A stretch of 64,000 bases of DNA. Source: Antedon mediterranea. Taxonomy: Eukaryota; Animalia; Echinodermata. The position numbers and the translations under genes were made by a program. The notes below the pieces were generated by a model, which saw only the letters and a program-made list of their open reading frames with translations, was not told the origin of the DNA and did no database searches. Shown here one piece after another: positions 1 through 14,100 of this stretch (position 1 is the stretch's first letter; each line of letters begins with the position of its first letter). Location of the stretch: contig NC_092670.1 in the NCBI RefSeq assembly GCF_964355755.1, forward strand, positions 32,042,388 through 32,106,387. Direction: 5' to 3'.

Positions 1-106
1 CATTTATTTTCTTCCTTTAAGATTATTGAAACAATAATAGAAAAATAAAATAAATATATATACTGTACAGAAGGTAGAGATAATAAAAAGGAAGGAGGCA
101 GTGGCC

Positions 107-272
107 ATATATTCACCATTCACACTTAGGCTGAGGGAAACACCCTTAAAATTAAACAAATCTAAATGAATACAATTTAAGGGAAATACTTAAATATTTA
201 TTGAGTTAAGTGAACTACAGTACTTATTATTTAAGGGAAATATCTCACTTAGGTGTGATTGGTGAATACAGC
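107..272. mobile_element. Degenerate hairpin/MITE-like element
   Basis: Imperfect inverted ends atattcaccattcacacttagg / cttaggtgtgattggtgaatac. Confidence 0.4.
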
Positions 273-667
273 CTCTGGATACCAGAGTCGGGTCTGCATG
301 AGATACAGGGAATGACAATTGACAATAAAAAGAGAGTTTTAAATCTCCTGATAAAAACTACATCAAAAATATAGGGGAAATCTAATTCTTTTGTTAAGCA
401 CATTGAGGTTTGGCTATAAGCCCCATTTATCTATATATTAATGAAGAAAATTTAAGGTTCATGGTACGCCATGTGTAATGTATGATGTACTGCAAACCTT
501 ACTTTCTTCGGCATACAAAAGATTACTCCAGGTGTTTCAAATAATTTAAATCAATGTATGCTAATTAGCAACATTATGCACACAACCATTTTTGTTTCAA
601 ACTTTAGGTACAGCTCTCCCACCCTTTTTCCACACCACTAAATGAATAATTTTCTACTGTTTTCCAG

Positions 668-943
668 GATGATCCCAGAATCATGGCACCGTACATAATG
701 ACATTCTGCCTCGCAGCTGTTGCCAACGTCTACCATTCATCACTGTTGATCTGGTTTGTGAGGTGGAGAGGATTCAAGAACATCCTGGCCTTCTTTATTC
801 TCAGCAGTAGCAATATGTACCTGTACGTACACCACATGCGAGAACTTTGGATGATCATTTTTCATATTCTTGTTACAGTCTGTAGCACATTTGAGGTCTA
901 CAATCGAAGGGTAAAGGTCAAGCTGTCAGACTATACAGTATGA
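668..943 (+). CDS. Terminal coding exon of a multi-pass membrane protein gene (upstream exons not identified; probably outside the window)
   Basis: Acceptor ttttctactgttttccag ends at 667. Phase-0 reading DDPRIMAPYIMTFCLAAVANVYHSSLLIWFV...VKLSDYTV* has three hydrophobic stretches and is GC-richer than its flanks. Family not recognised. Confidence 0.6.
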   Translation, partial: DDPRIMAPYIMTFCLAAVANVYHSSLLIWFVRWRGFKNILAFFILSSSNMYLYVHHMRELWMIIFHILVTVCSTFEVYNRRVKVKLSDYTV

Positions 944-2080
944 TCATGGAGCATGCTGCATGGTATGATCAATATACTGTAAGAATATTTTTCCGAGTGT
1001 TGATAAAATTATTTTCAAAGTTCAAATTCGATAATACAAAAAATTGTACATATATTTAAGTGCTCAAATTGCATGATGCTAATATATTATGGTAGTAAGA
1101 ACTGCTTTACAGCAGTGTAGTCACTGTAAATTTTCTTGTTAGTTTTCCCTTAATAATTTTCAATTGTATATAATGTTCAGAATATCAATGTAGGCGGATT
1201 GGAATTTCTCTTTGCCTATATCAAATTTATATACTGAATTTGTCAGGCACGAGAGAAAATCCAAACAGCCCAGTAATATTATTTTTTAAATAGAATGTAC
1301 TTATTCTTCTAAAATTGTATTTATTTAACCTAAATACCAAATTGTATATCACATGTGCTAACTGAATATTTCTTTGTTATTCAGTACTGTATACGAACAT
1401 AAACCAAAGCCCATTTTCTAAATAATAGTAGTAAAAGTAACATGCAACTTCTAAGCCTACAATAGAAATACAGTACAACCTACCCTAAATAGTAGCATAG
1501 TGATATTACAGTCAACCATAATATTTCTGATTATGTAGAATGCAATTGCTTATTTCTTTATATGTGGATGTATCATGCTATAAGGCTAATTTTAAAGTCT
1601 TCTACCTAGATTAATTTCCCACCCCTAGACTTTCTAGGCAGGTTGCTGAACAACAATGTGTGCTATCACGGACCAAAAAACTGTTAATAAATGAAATTTA
1701 AATGTTATTAATATACCCACAAACAATAGCATTAGACAACACAATGCATTAAGATTAAGGTTAAAATGTTGTCATAGCAATCTATATACAGTAGTGTCAC
1801 TTCTGTATTAAAGTGTGCCGAATATTTATTGTATTTATATCAACTGGTAGATTTAATATTTGTTATCTTTATATTTTACAGATTTTTTAAAATTGTTGAG
1901 GTATGTAAACATACTGTACAATTGTAGTTATATTAAGTTAGCGGTACACCATGTACCATGTATGTAGTTCTGAAAAGAACTTTTGAAGTTCTCTCAATAT
2001 GCATGCGAATCACATTGATTTCCACCAAACCTTCAAACACTACATTGCAGTTTTATTATACAGTACAAGTTGAATGCAGC

Positions 2081-2150
2081 TGTCACTACAGTGTTATCTA
2101 TTGTATACCTTAATATATTAAGGTATACAATAGATAACACTGTAGTGACA
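2081..2150. repeat. Perfect 70-bp palindrome with no spacer
   Basis: tgtcactacagtgttatctattgtataccttaata is followed directly by its exact reverse complement. Confidence 0.95.
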
Positions 2151-3032
2151 ATGATAAACGCCCTTTTTCATTTTGTCTCACTATGGTAAACTAAATATAT
2201 CACATTGTGGTTAAAATCACAGTTTTCCATATCAAGTTGTTGTTTTCACGCTGTCTATACATATTTACACAATACTTGGGGACATTTAATTATTTGGGTG
2301 CAGGAACTAGATTAGGATTTATGTAAGGTACTTTAAATTATATTATTTCACAGAGGGATGTATTTACAGTACATCCATAAGCATGGTATAACATTCAACA
2401 TAGGTAAAAAGGTTATATTTTGGTAATAAAATTGTTAAAACACAACATAACTAGTCTGATTTTCTTGAATTAATTATATTCCAGGCAGAAAATCTTGGAA
2501 TTGCTATTGTGTCCTAACAATGCATTGCAAGTTTTAGCAACACTTAATCACACTCATTCGAAATATACAAATGAGTGTGAAAAAGCTCAGATGTACCCAT
2601 ACTGTACTGAGTCTCCATATATGGCATTACTGTATGTGACCAGTATCATAGGCACATTCTGTAGAAGTGTCACATATGTATAATATGTGGCACCTGTAAG
2701 TTTAGACTTTGCCTACAGAGAACCACCTACCCATTAGTGATTGGTTACTACAATTGTATTGAAATGCAACGTTACGTGTTCTACAGGCTAGTTTCCATTC
2801 GAAAAGAAACAAACCATAAATTACGTACAAATGTAAATATATGAGCTGCTGTTAGTAACACAGAGGGAGTGTGTACACGATAATTGCATGCATAAACCAC
2901 TGCCATGTTCGCTTGTGTGCAGATGACCAGACAAAATTTTAATTTTTCAAATGTCTTTAAGTTATCGTTTAAAAGTATAAGTAGAGAATACATCTTTACT
3001 GTCTTTTGAAATAACTTCAATTAAGATCTGAA

Positions 3033-3311
3033 CAGTGGCGTGTGGCGCAGTGTGTTGGACATTGGACTACTGATTGTGGTTCAAATCCAACTCTTGTTGC
3101 ATTGCGTGTATCCTTAGGCAAATACACCCAGGTGTATAAAATGGGTACCGGTTATATCAAGACAACTTTGGGCTGATTACTAGCTGCATTATTATATGGG
3201 AGTATGTTTCCATAAGTGTTTGATTCAAAAAATGACCAGGGTAATAATGTGCAGCGCATTCAGAGCTTGCTAATATGCGCTACATAAGAATGAACTATTA
3301 TTATTATTATT
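3033..3311 (+). mobile_element. tRNA-derived SINE with Deu/Nin-like core and L2-like tail
   Basis: A-box-like tggcgcagtgtg, B-box ggttcaaatcc, core tccttaggcaa...cacccaggtgtataaaatgggtaccgg, and tail gcgctacataagaa...(tat)n. Confidence 0.75.
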
Positions 3312-5181
3312 AAATGATTAATATATTTGATATATAACCCGATTTACAAGCCGGAGTACGACACATTTGATTATCCTTTACAGGAAAGAACAAGTTTATT
3401 GTAGCATACTATGATTCAAGCCTGTAGCCAAGGATGGGGAAGGAAACAAGGGTTTGAACTTTTCTTGAAGTTCCCTTTTAAAAATAAATATTCGCAGGCT
3501 AGCTCATGATGATTTTTGCCTTCTTTTGTGGAAAAACAAACCCCCTGTAACATCCTGGCTACCAGCTTAAAATTCACCATTTTTCCATATACTTTGTAAT
3601 GCATGATAAATTCAAATGCTGGTGATAATTCACGTTTCTATCACACTATCCTATCACTTGTATATTAAAATTAAAAGAAAATGATCAACAAAATTGGAAA
3701 ACAAATGTTTTAATTGCTAAAATATCTTGCAATTTTAAAAAGCAAAGCATAACTAATCTAATAAATCATGATATGGGTAATAAAAATTAGAACAATAACA
3801 TTAGAAGAACATTTTTCATGTAAGCAACATTTTTGATTGGTTTATTAAAGACGTTGGGGGTGCTAAAATAACCAGACATTTTCTGGACCAATTTCCATTT
3901 ATATTTTTTAGGTAACTCTGTGTTGCCGTCAAATAGTGAGGAAAACATCCCATTTGCATACTATTTGTAAGGGGCATGTCTACCTGGTTCTGGCGCGTGT
4001 ATTGGGTTCTAGTCGTGTCTACCTATTTTATTTTATTTTATTCATTTCGGCAATAAACATAAAATAATAATTACAAAAAAAAACATAAAAATATATATAT
4101 ATATATATGAAAAACAAGACACGAGGCCGAGGAAAGACAAAAGCATTAAACAAACGCTGTCACCGGTAAGGTGTGTCTCTCCAACTTGGTTCTTGGTGTG
4201 TCTACCAGGTTCTGTGCATGTATATAAGAAACAATCGGGGTAAGATTTGGATATCAGCTTGTGTAATATAACACTGAATTACAATTTTTTTTTGTATTTT
4301 TTTTGTTGTAAAATCATTTTTACCTGACAATGGAAAAAGCCACAGTCCTTAACAAACAAGATCAACTTAAAAAATACATGGATCAGTAGAACATATATAA
4401 AAATTAAAATGTATACCATCAAATTTGTTCACATCTTACTTAATATTATTACCAAACTAATCATAACAGTTAACACTAATTTTCAATTCTTCTCAATCTG
4501 TTTAGTGCCATTTTTTCCTAGCACCAACAGAAAACTGAACATGCAGTAGGTAGAAATGAGCATAAGATATCATAATCCTATCCTAACAAAAAAAATGTTA
4601 AATATAAACATTTGCCAACATGTCATGATTTTCAAAAGTAATCTCGACACAGTCAAGAGAAAAAGCAATTCTGGGCTTTTCAAAAAGTATCTAAGCAAAA
4701 CATTTTTATTTACAGTATATAACTCATGTTAGGATGAATCATGGTAGCCAAGTAGATACTAGACTATCGTGCAGAAAGTTTGTGTCATCTTTCATTTTTC
4801 TAAGGTATAGCAAATACATTTGCGAATGGTGAGAATCAGAATCAGAATCTGTCATTTCTGTCACATAACTTTGTATAATATAGACATAACTACTGCGCAT
4901 TGCAAAACACTGTATCTATATGACCAACTGCCGTAATCATTCTATCTGAAATGTTTATTTCAGATGATAGTTCAGAAAATTTTTAATAGCTCCCAAAAAA
5001 TTAAAAAAATCACAAGCATCATAAACACTGCTTAATAAAGCAAATTATTTACTTTTCCACTGATAAATCTTTTTAAAATCCAATGCCAAGTTTTTCTTAT
5101 ACGATACAACTTATACAAGACAAAAAGTGATTAAAATATTACAGTTATTTTATTCTCTGCGTTACATTTTCTGCATCGTCT

Positions 5182-8100
5182 TCATCTCTTGCGCTTAGCC
5201 AGTGCTAGTGCTAAGGCATGTGAAACCTCATCCGCTATCTGTATAAGCAAACAAAAAACAATATTTAATATATTAGACAATCGTTTGTCTATTTGAATTG
5301 ATACACAGGTATATTGTTCTTTTTATGTAAAAGAACAATATCTGAAACACTTTTAAGAAATATTTTGAATTCCAGTTTTTATAGACAATCGCTTGTATTT
5401 GAATTGACGTATCTTTCTATAATATTACTGTATTGAATAAAGGCACCCCTTTTATAAACTCTTCCTACAGAACATTAGTTGGAATAAACGCCCACCCCCT
5501 CAATTAAACATGAGGGGGAGGGGGGGGAGTTTATTTATTTTGTGCATTACGTACACAATTTTGTTTTGTAGATAGATTGTAGTAGAATTCATTCACTGCC
5601 ATGATCAACAATTTACCAAACATATTTTAACATATTTTTTCTGTATTTTATCACATTTCGACATAATTGTACTTGTTCACTTTTGGGGGTATTTATTTTA
5701 TTATACATGTTACCATATTACACCCAAAAAAATAAACGCCTCCACCGAATAAACGTCCCCTTCTAAAAAAAACCCACAAGAAGCATTGAATAAATACGGT
5801 ATAACATTATTCTAGAACAAATTTAAATTTCTGGCGAGCAAACTGCAGTGAATTGCAACTTACCGGGTCTTTTGTAGCGATCCTCTTTCTAGGCTAGAAA
5901 AAAAATGAAGCAAAATGAAAATAATGTTAATTAAAATAAAAATATTTTTTTTCATATTTATTCCATGTGTATATGAGTATGAATATTTTACCCAGTTAAA
6001 ATGGTTCCTACTGACCAAAGTTTAATAATAGCTAAGTCCATAACAGCAATTACCTAGGTATATAACTAAGCCCTTATATGCAATTTTTAAAAAATACAGC
6101 TTATTATTTTGGATTCATAAAAATCTTACCGGCTCAAAAGCATCAGGCCCTGGACGATACCGATGACGTGCTATCAAAGATCTCGCATTCAAAGGACGGG
6201 CAGGTGGTAGCCTCCCTGGACTGTAATCGCTTGGATATCGGCCTCTCACAGGAGGGCGGTCTCTTTCGTACATATCAAGTGCAGGATCTTTGTACCTATC
6301 TTCTATGTACCTGGTTCGAGGACTATCTCGTATTAAATCTTCTGGATAAGAATCTCTCACTGGATAATCCCGATATCTTGATCTGGCATCTATAGGATCC
6401 TCATGTATATCCCTTGGATCATCTCGGTATAAACTATGTCGATCTCTGATGCGATCATTCAATAAATCTCGAGGAGGTTCAGGATATCGGGATTCTCTCC
6501 AATTTTCCGGATGTTCAGGCAAACTCCTTGGCTTCTCACGCAAGTAAGGATCTATTGGATCTTCATGCATGTTCCTAGGACGGCCACGCTCGTGCAATTC
6601 GCTAGGATATTCATGAAAAGCCAGAGGATGGTCACGTAATTCCCTAGGACGGTCACGCAAAACCCTAGGATGGTCATGCAAATCTCTAGGATAGTCACGC
6701 AAATCCATAGGATATTCACGCAAATATCTAGGATCACCATGCAAATCTCTAGGTTCACCACGCAAATTTATAGGATGATCAGGCAAATCTGATGGATAAT
6801 CATCAAAATCTCTTGGATAATCTCTTACATCTCTTGGATAATCTCTTACATCTCTTGGATAATCTCTTACATCAGGTGGATAATCACTCACATCTGGTGG
6901 ATAATCTCTTAAATCTTGTGGATCTTCCAAATCATGTGATGGATGAAGCAAGTCTTCTTGCTGAAGATAGTCATCTCTAACATAAAGATCACTCTTTGGA
7001 TTTTGTAGCTGGGGGAGACCTTTCTTAGCGTAATATAACGCTTTTTCTCGTTCATATTCTAGTCTCTCTCTGTAATAATCTCTTTGATCTTTGGGTATGA
7101 ATTCTTCTGTGAAATGCCCTCTAGGGGGATTAACGTCACCTTGACCTATTTCACTTGCCTCAGGATATGGTAAACTTCTTTGGGGTATGTTTCCCATATT
7201 TCCAGAATCCTCACTGAAATAAAAAAAACGAAAATAAACACATCTTTGTTGAGAATTATTTTCATAATTTTTAAACCATAATTTAAATGACTGAAGTAAT
7301 CATTCTATTAATTTTTATGACATTGCTTTTCTGTCTTGATTCCACACAAATTTAATGAATTCTTTAATATCTCGATTCCTTTGCTTTGATGCTTATTTGA
7401 ATTCTAACATAAGATTTAGATGTTACGCCGAAAACTCCCTCCCGCCTTAATATGATGAGATGAGTTTGAAGCCATGCTTTGAATTGAACAAGAATTGTTA
7501 TAAAATGTAAAATGGAAGTTTACAGAGTATAAAAGAAGGCTTTGTTCTACACTACCTTTCAAGATCCATCAGTGCTGGGGGTGGTTTTCTATACATCTGA
7601 ATACCTGAAATAAGCAAACAGATGTTTTTTGGTAAATTATTTCTACCATACCACAGACAATTGATAAAGTACTTTAGTATTGGTAGCAATATGTGGCCTG
7701 GATATTTTAGTATCTGACTATGATTTGCAAAATTGTATTCTTAGGAAATAAACCAGGATTTACAACTTCATGCACAAGTAAAAATCTAGAACTAGAGATG
7801 GGCAGGGCACATAATGTTTTTCTCCTATCAGGTTAAGGCAGAATAAACAATCTATAAATAAAATTTCTGCCTTAACCAGATAAGAGATCAATACTGCAGG
7901 TAAGACATGTACAAGTGACAACTCATCATGGAATGGACTACAAGAATAGGCACACAAGGCCAAGGAAGAAAAAAATTAAATGGAGAGATAAGATTGTAGC
8001 TTTTGCTGGCATATCCTCCATGAGAGCTGCACAGGACAGAAATAATGTATGGGTTCAGCTTGGGGAGGCCTTCGCCATGCAGCAGTCCGAAAATGGCTGA

Positions 8101-11100
8101 AATGATGATAAAGTCAGGTTTGCCTTACAAAAAGGAAGTAAAGTAAGTTTGAACATTTTGCAATGTTTTTGGTTGTTATGCTACAAAAGTCCTATAGACT
8201 ACAAAAACTTAATTATATTCTAATACTTTATGACAAAAAATGTGATCATATACGGACATGATGATGTCATATCACTACCATATTTAAGCATATCACTACC
8301 ATATTTGGGCACATCCAACTTGTTTTGTCAAACTAGTAGATAGTGTAGACAAAGCTTTACACTCCTCAACAAACCACTAATTATCATAATCAATGACAGC
8401 TAGAAACTAACCTTGTTGCAACCGATGTTCCTTTGGTACAATTACTCTAATCCTTCCTCGTCCATGGAGCCTTTCCATTTCTCCGACCAATTCAGTAAGA
8501 TAATTTGATATCAGTTCCTTAGGTTTTTGATCACTTTCTTTGCACATTTTCACAAAGTTCTTGGAAAAATCCTTCTTAGTTTTGGTCTGTAGTGAAATAA
8601 AATAATTACTGTACTACTGTATTTTATATTTAGATGAGACCACTTATGTTAGTGATAAGATCCCTTATGTTAGTGATTCTAAACTCTAGCCTACATTTGC
8701 AAACAAAAGTTTGATAAAGTATTCTAGTCAGCTTAGTCTACACTAGGAACTTGATATAACTTGAGTTTGAAAGCTAAAGTTTGCTAGTATGGGCTACGCT
8801 TGGACACCATCAGTACAGAAAGAATTAGAAACTAGAATGTAATGACATTTTGACGATATATATATAGGTGTTCTTTGTGAATTGTTTTTTTTTAACCATA
8901 TTTAATGATTTAATACCATCCAGCAAAATTGTTGATCATTTAGGACCCTCAGGTACAGGCAATGAGAGTAAAGCATCTTGCCTAATGATGCAATTAGTAT
9001 GGTACAGATAACCTCGAATCCATGCCTATCATGCCTAGTCCGATATTATCAATACACCATCACTCTCCGGTATATATACAGCACCCGCCGCTATTTCTAG
9101 GCGGTCTCCCATCCAGAACGCGACCGGGCCCAACGTTGCTTAAGTTCGGTGATCTGATGAGAACCGGTGTTTCAACGCAGGATAGCCGTATGTATGAATT
9201 AAGATAATGTTACCTGTATTTAATTTTAAAAGCGCAAACACTACATGCACGTACATAATACATGTGTACAGAATAGAATAATAGGACCAATACGTTTTCA
9301 CTATATTTAGAGGAATGATTTTTTTAAGTAATATTTTGCAGATACCCACATTACTGAGAACACCTGTGAGTAATGAACTGGCAGGTCTGTGCACCTTAAA
9401 TTGCCGGTAAACAGAAACAGTAAGGTGGGTTCGATGGTCCCCTTTTTTTTTTGTTCTTCTTTTTGTTTTTAGTTTCATGGTTGCATTTCTCATGGTTTTC
9501 ACAAGCGCCTTGAGCATTTTGTGGATATGTGCGCTCTATAAATCTTATTATTATTATTTATTATTATTATATTCTTATATTGCTGAACTAGTGAATATTT
9601 GATTTGAAAGGATATGTTTGTTGTATGCAGGAGAAACAGAACGGTGAAAAGAAAAGTTGGAACCATTCATCGTTCATAGCTTTTACATTTATTTCTAAGT
9701 CTCCTGTGTGGGCCATGACATGTAACAACAATAGCTTCATACTTACTAAATAGATAAAACGATGTCTGTTGCCAAGTAAATGTGCTGTCACTGAACCTGA
9801 TGACACGACTATGGTACATAGCAAACAAACAAATGGTGTATCAGGTACATTCATTCTTCTCTCTATCACATGCTCCATTCCTGGTGGAAAGAACACAAAA
9901 AAATTGGTTAAAAATACATCTAGGAAATCAGTCTATACTGTACATTGGCGATATGGTACATTTAGAGATAACTGTTTATCTCCCCAATTCTCATAAATTT
10001 CCCGTTGGAAGGAGATTATTTTGCAAAATGGCTGTCAACATGCATTCTGAAAACCTAGACTAGGAGAGGCCTGCACTGCGTTCAGAATGGCTAGCAATGA
10101 CAATGATTTTATTTTTATGGAATGTCTTGCATACATACCAACCAAAGGTTGTTTACATTCATCTATGGAATATTGGATAGAACACGGCAAATCTGTTTCT
10201 ACATCTTTTGTAGTAATATCCGCTATCCATTCTTTGTCTAAAAGAGAAGAAAAAAATGAACCAAATTTAAAAAGGGTCAAATGTTATATTGTAAACATTT
10301 ATCAGTATTAAAATTGGATTAACTTAACTTAATTTTTAACACACAGATGTTTCTGTCTCTTTAGTATGATATAACTTTGGATAACAGTTAGTAATGATCG
10401 AGTTAACATAAGGAATGAAACCAAAAAGATATACAGTAATTACCATACAGTATAACAATACAATGAGGAGCTTTCAATTTGTGAAGACAAACAACCTAGA
10501 CATTAGCTAGGTCATGTATTTGAAGATAAAAGAACCTTCAAATACAGAGCAACAAAAGAATGGAATCTTTTACCAACTGAAACTAGAACAAAAGTAATTG
10601 TACGCATGCAGGGAAGTTCAGGACATGCTTCCATACTCTTTTCAAATGACCGATGACACATGAATGCTTTTGTTGTCGGTAGTCACAAATCAAAAGCTCC
10701 TGTTAACCCTACCATTTGAAGACACCTAAGTTTACTTACAGTGAAGTTTGGTGTCACAACCAAACATTTAAGAATGTAACTCTCAGTGGGTTTCTGCTAA
10801 ACGCCAGTAAAGCTAAAACCTATCCCGTTTTAATTTTCATTTTCATAAGGAAACCATTGTTTTTACAAAATTGACGCATTAAAATGATTCAAAAGAGCAA
10901 CACATTAATAATTTCTTCCATAAATTTTGCTGTTGGTTATATGGCGTACAGCAGCGCTTAATTACATAGTAGGGAGCTTTCGCAGGAGCAGGTAAATGTT
11001 AACTTTAACAGCGAACAGTTAACGTACTTGTTTTGTTTTGATTTTACGCTTCAACCGGATGTGCAGAATGCATGTGTCGCACACACAACTTTTTCAATGC

Positions 11101-14100
11101 GAAAGTCAGGGTAAGTCCCTGACGAAGGTACGGTAATAAATGCAAACATTACTTTGTTTTGTTTAACTATTTTGTCTCGTAACCTGCGCAAACATACGCC
11201 GCTTGTATTTCAAAGAAAACGGAATACCTTGGGCCTAGTACTAGGCCTAGCTATTAGCATGTTTAATCATGCATATTTGGTGATAAAATATATTGCGATG
11301 AACAATTCTTATTACTGTATTTGGCTTAATTAAAAACGTAACTTTTTTTTTCTTAATTATTTTGGAGAAATTGAATGATTCTTCCATTTTTTGATACCCT
11401 TCGTATAACGTTCGACGCACGTACCTAAAGTTTAAGCGCGCTAGCAATCAGAAAAATGTTTATAACATATTTTTACGCAACTTTTTTATTGCGACCGTCA
11501 CAGTGAAGGTACATCTGGTACGCTAATAAACACAAACATTAATACTTTGTATTGTTTAACTATTAAAGTAGGCATGCGCACACCCCACCCTGCTACTACT
11601 TCAGTAGCAATCCGCAAACGGACGTCGCTGGCTGAATTTCCTGCAAAATATAGGATGCGAACATTTTTTAAATGCTGCAGGGTGGCTAAGAGATTTTTAA
11701 AAATAACGATATTCTAGCGTTGTTAGCGCTTTATTAAAAAAAAATTGATGAAAATGTTTGTTGTGCAGATTTTTTTTATCGCAATGTAATGAAAATCTTT
11801 TGTGAACTGTGACAACGCAACACAACAGTGTCATGTATCGTGTACGTTATAAAGGGGAAACTCCGGGCTGCTGCGCTGAATTGTTTCGGTGGATCAGGTA
11901 AATTTTTACCCTCCAAAAAATACAATGCAATGTCCATGGACCTACATGTCCATATTCCTAAAATTGTCTTACCCAGCTCCAACCATGGATGGGGCCGAGG
12001 TGACAGACTCTTTGATTGCCGAAATGTAATTATGCATGTGTGGTGCACTTACAATGTCATTTCCGAAGACCTGAAGTCCATATATTCTTTAAATGTTCAG
12101 CCACAACCATAGTGGGGCTGAGGTGTGATGGACTCGCATTACCTTCTTGATGTTAGTCTACCTGGGTAGTTGGGCCGCAGGTTGGATCCGGTGAAATAAA
12201 AATGTTGCGCAATGGTGCTTTAAACAACGCATGTTACATTTGAATTTTCTCTAATATTCTACCTTCTAAGTAAATTTTAACCTTACAGTCATGGTGGTAA
12301 AATGTTTTATCATGATCTTGTAAACACCAAAGCAGTACTGACGACTATTTGCATTGGCAATTTGCTTACACATCTTGTGACGACACTGGCTGAATTGGGC
12401 TTTAAACAACATGAGTTGTTGATATTCTATCTTGTTTTATAGTGTACTGTAACTAAATTTAACCTTACAGGCATCATGGGAAAACCATGATTGGATCATT
12501 TACATATGATTTGACAAATCAAATCAAGGATTACAATAAATATAGTAATAAAAAGGAAAATGAAGATTAATTTACAACAAATTTATAGACATCTACCTGC
12601 ATGTTACTATTGTTCTATCCTCGATCGGGGAGGGGGAGGGGGGAGGGGGAGGGGGGAGGGCAGGCAGTTTCCTGCACATATATTATTTGTAGTTAATAGA
12701 TTTACTACAGAAATACACATACAACTTCGAGTTCAATAGAAACATGCAGTTTGAGTCAACTATTGCTTGGGATGTAAAAGATAAATCAATATAGTATAGT
12801 ACTTTGTACACACTAAAGAAATACTGTAGTTTATATACAGTACATTTTTTAGAGCATTTTCTTTGGTAAAATTTGTCTGTTTCTAAAAAAATATCCTTAG
12901 AAACCAGATAAATTTATTTCTACATACTGTACAGTAGTAGAAAATAGTTTACTGCAGTAATGCATATCTAAATATAGATGTGCAATTATGTATACTGCAG
13001 TAAAATATCATAGTACCGTATTAATAACATACTGACAGTAAACAATGTAGTTACTGCAGTAAAATACATATTCTTTGGTAATAAATCCATATAGGATTTA
13101 ACAGGTCATTCTAGATATCACCAGACCCGATTCATTTTTTAAAATATTTGTTGTAATAATGCATACAGATAAAAAATTGTACTGTAGTAAATGCAGGACT
13201 TGAGTCAAAATGGAAGAGACTAACATTAGCACGTACTGCTAATGACACATCCAATAATGTAACTACTTTCTATCCGCACGGTTGATCATGCACATTCTAC
13301 TGTGAGACTATACACATGGTACAGAGGTACTATATGCATGATTAACCATGCAGATAGAAAACAATGTGATAAATTCTTGTCCCAATGTGTCGATAGTCTT
13401 CATACCGATAGCAAATACTAAATGCCACGTAGAGTTCACTATGCCGATAGAAAAATATTACATTACTTGCACAGTTCACTGTGCAAATAGCCTTATACGC
13501 ATAAACTGCAGTAAAACAATGTACTGCAGATGATCAATATTATTTCGCGAAAATATGCTGCAAAAAAATGCATTTTTGTTTGCCATGACGCATTTTTAAA
13601 GCCTAGACTACACTAAGAAACTTCAGTTGGCAAATGCAGAGTTTAGCCCAACAAAGAAGAGTTTCTAAATTTTGTGGACCACTTGATCAACTCCAGCAAA
13701 CTGTAGGAAACTTGTTTAAGGATCATTTACACTAGGAGTATAATGATAATAGATGAACATGCATTTTTCTTACAGAAAACAAACAAGTTTTCATTCTATA
13801 ACTATTATAGAATAACCATTTTGTCTTTCAAATCAAATCAAATGACTTCATAATCAATAGAATTGTTGTATCTTCGCGATATAATTGCTCCTACTGATCA
13901 TGACGTAGTTTGATAATAAAAAAAACGCTTATTTTATAGTCTTAGAAAGAAATACTTTTATCTCTTTTGTTTTCTGTAAGAAAAAAGCATGTTTATCTAG
14001 GTATCATCATTATTGTCCTAGTGTAAATGGGCCTTTAGGTTGTGCATCTTCTTGACAAACATTAGCAAACAAAAGTTTGGTAGTGTAGACTAGGTTTAAG

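Noticed and set aside
9077-9190. 5S rRNA gene (also 52744-52862)
   Set aside because: The 3' part is diverged, there is no oligo-T terminator, and the sequence continues into a shared SINE body and A-tail. These are SINE heads, not rRNA genes.
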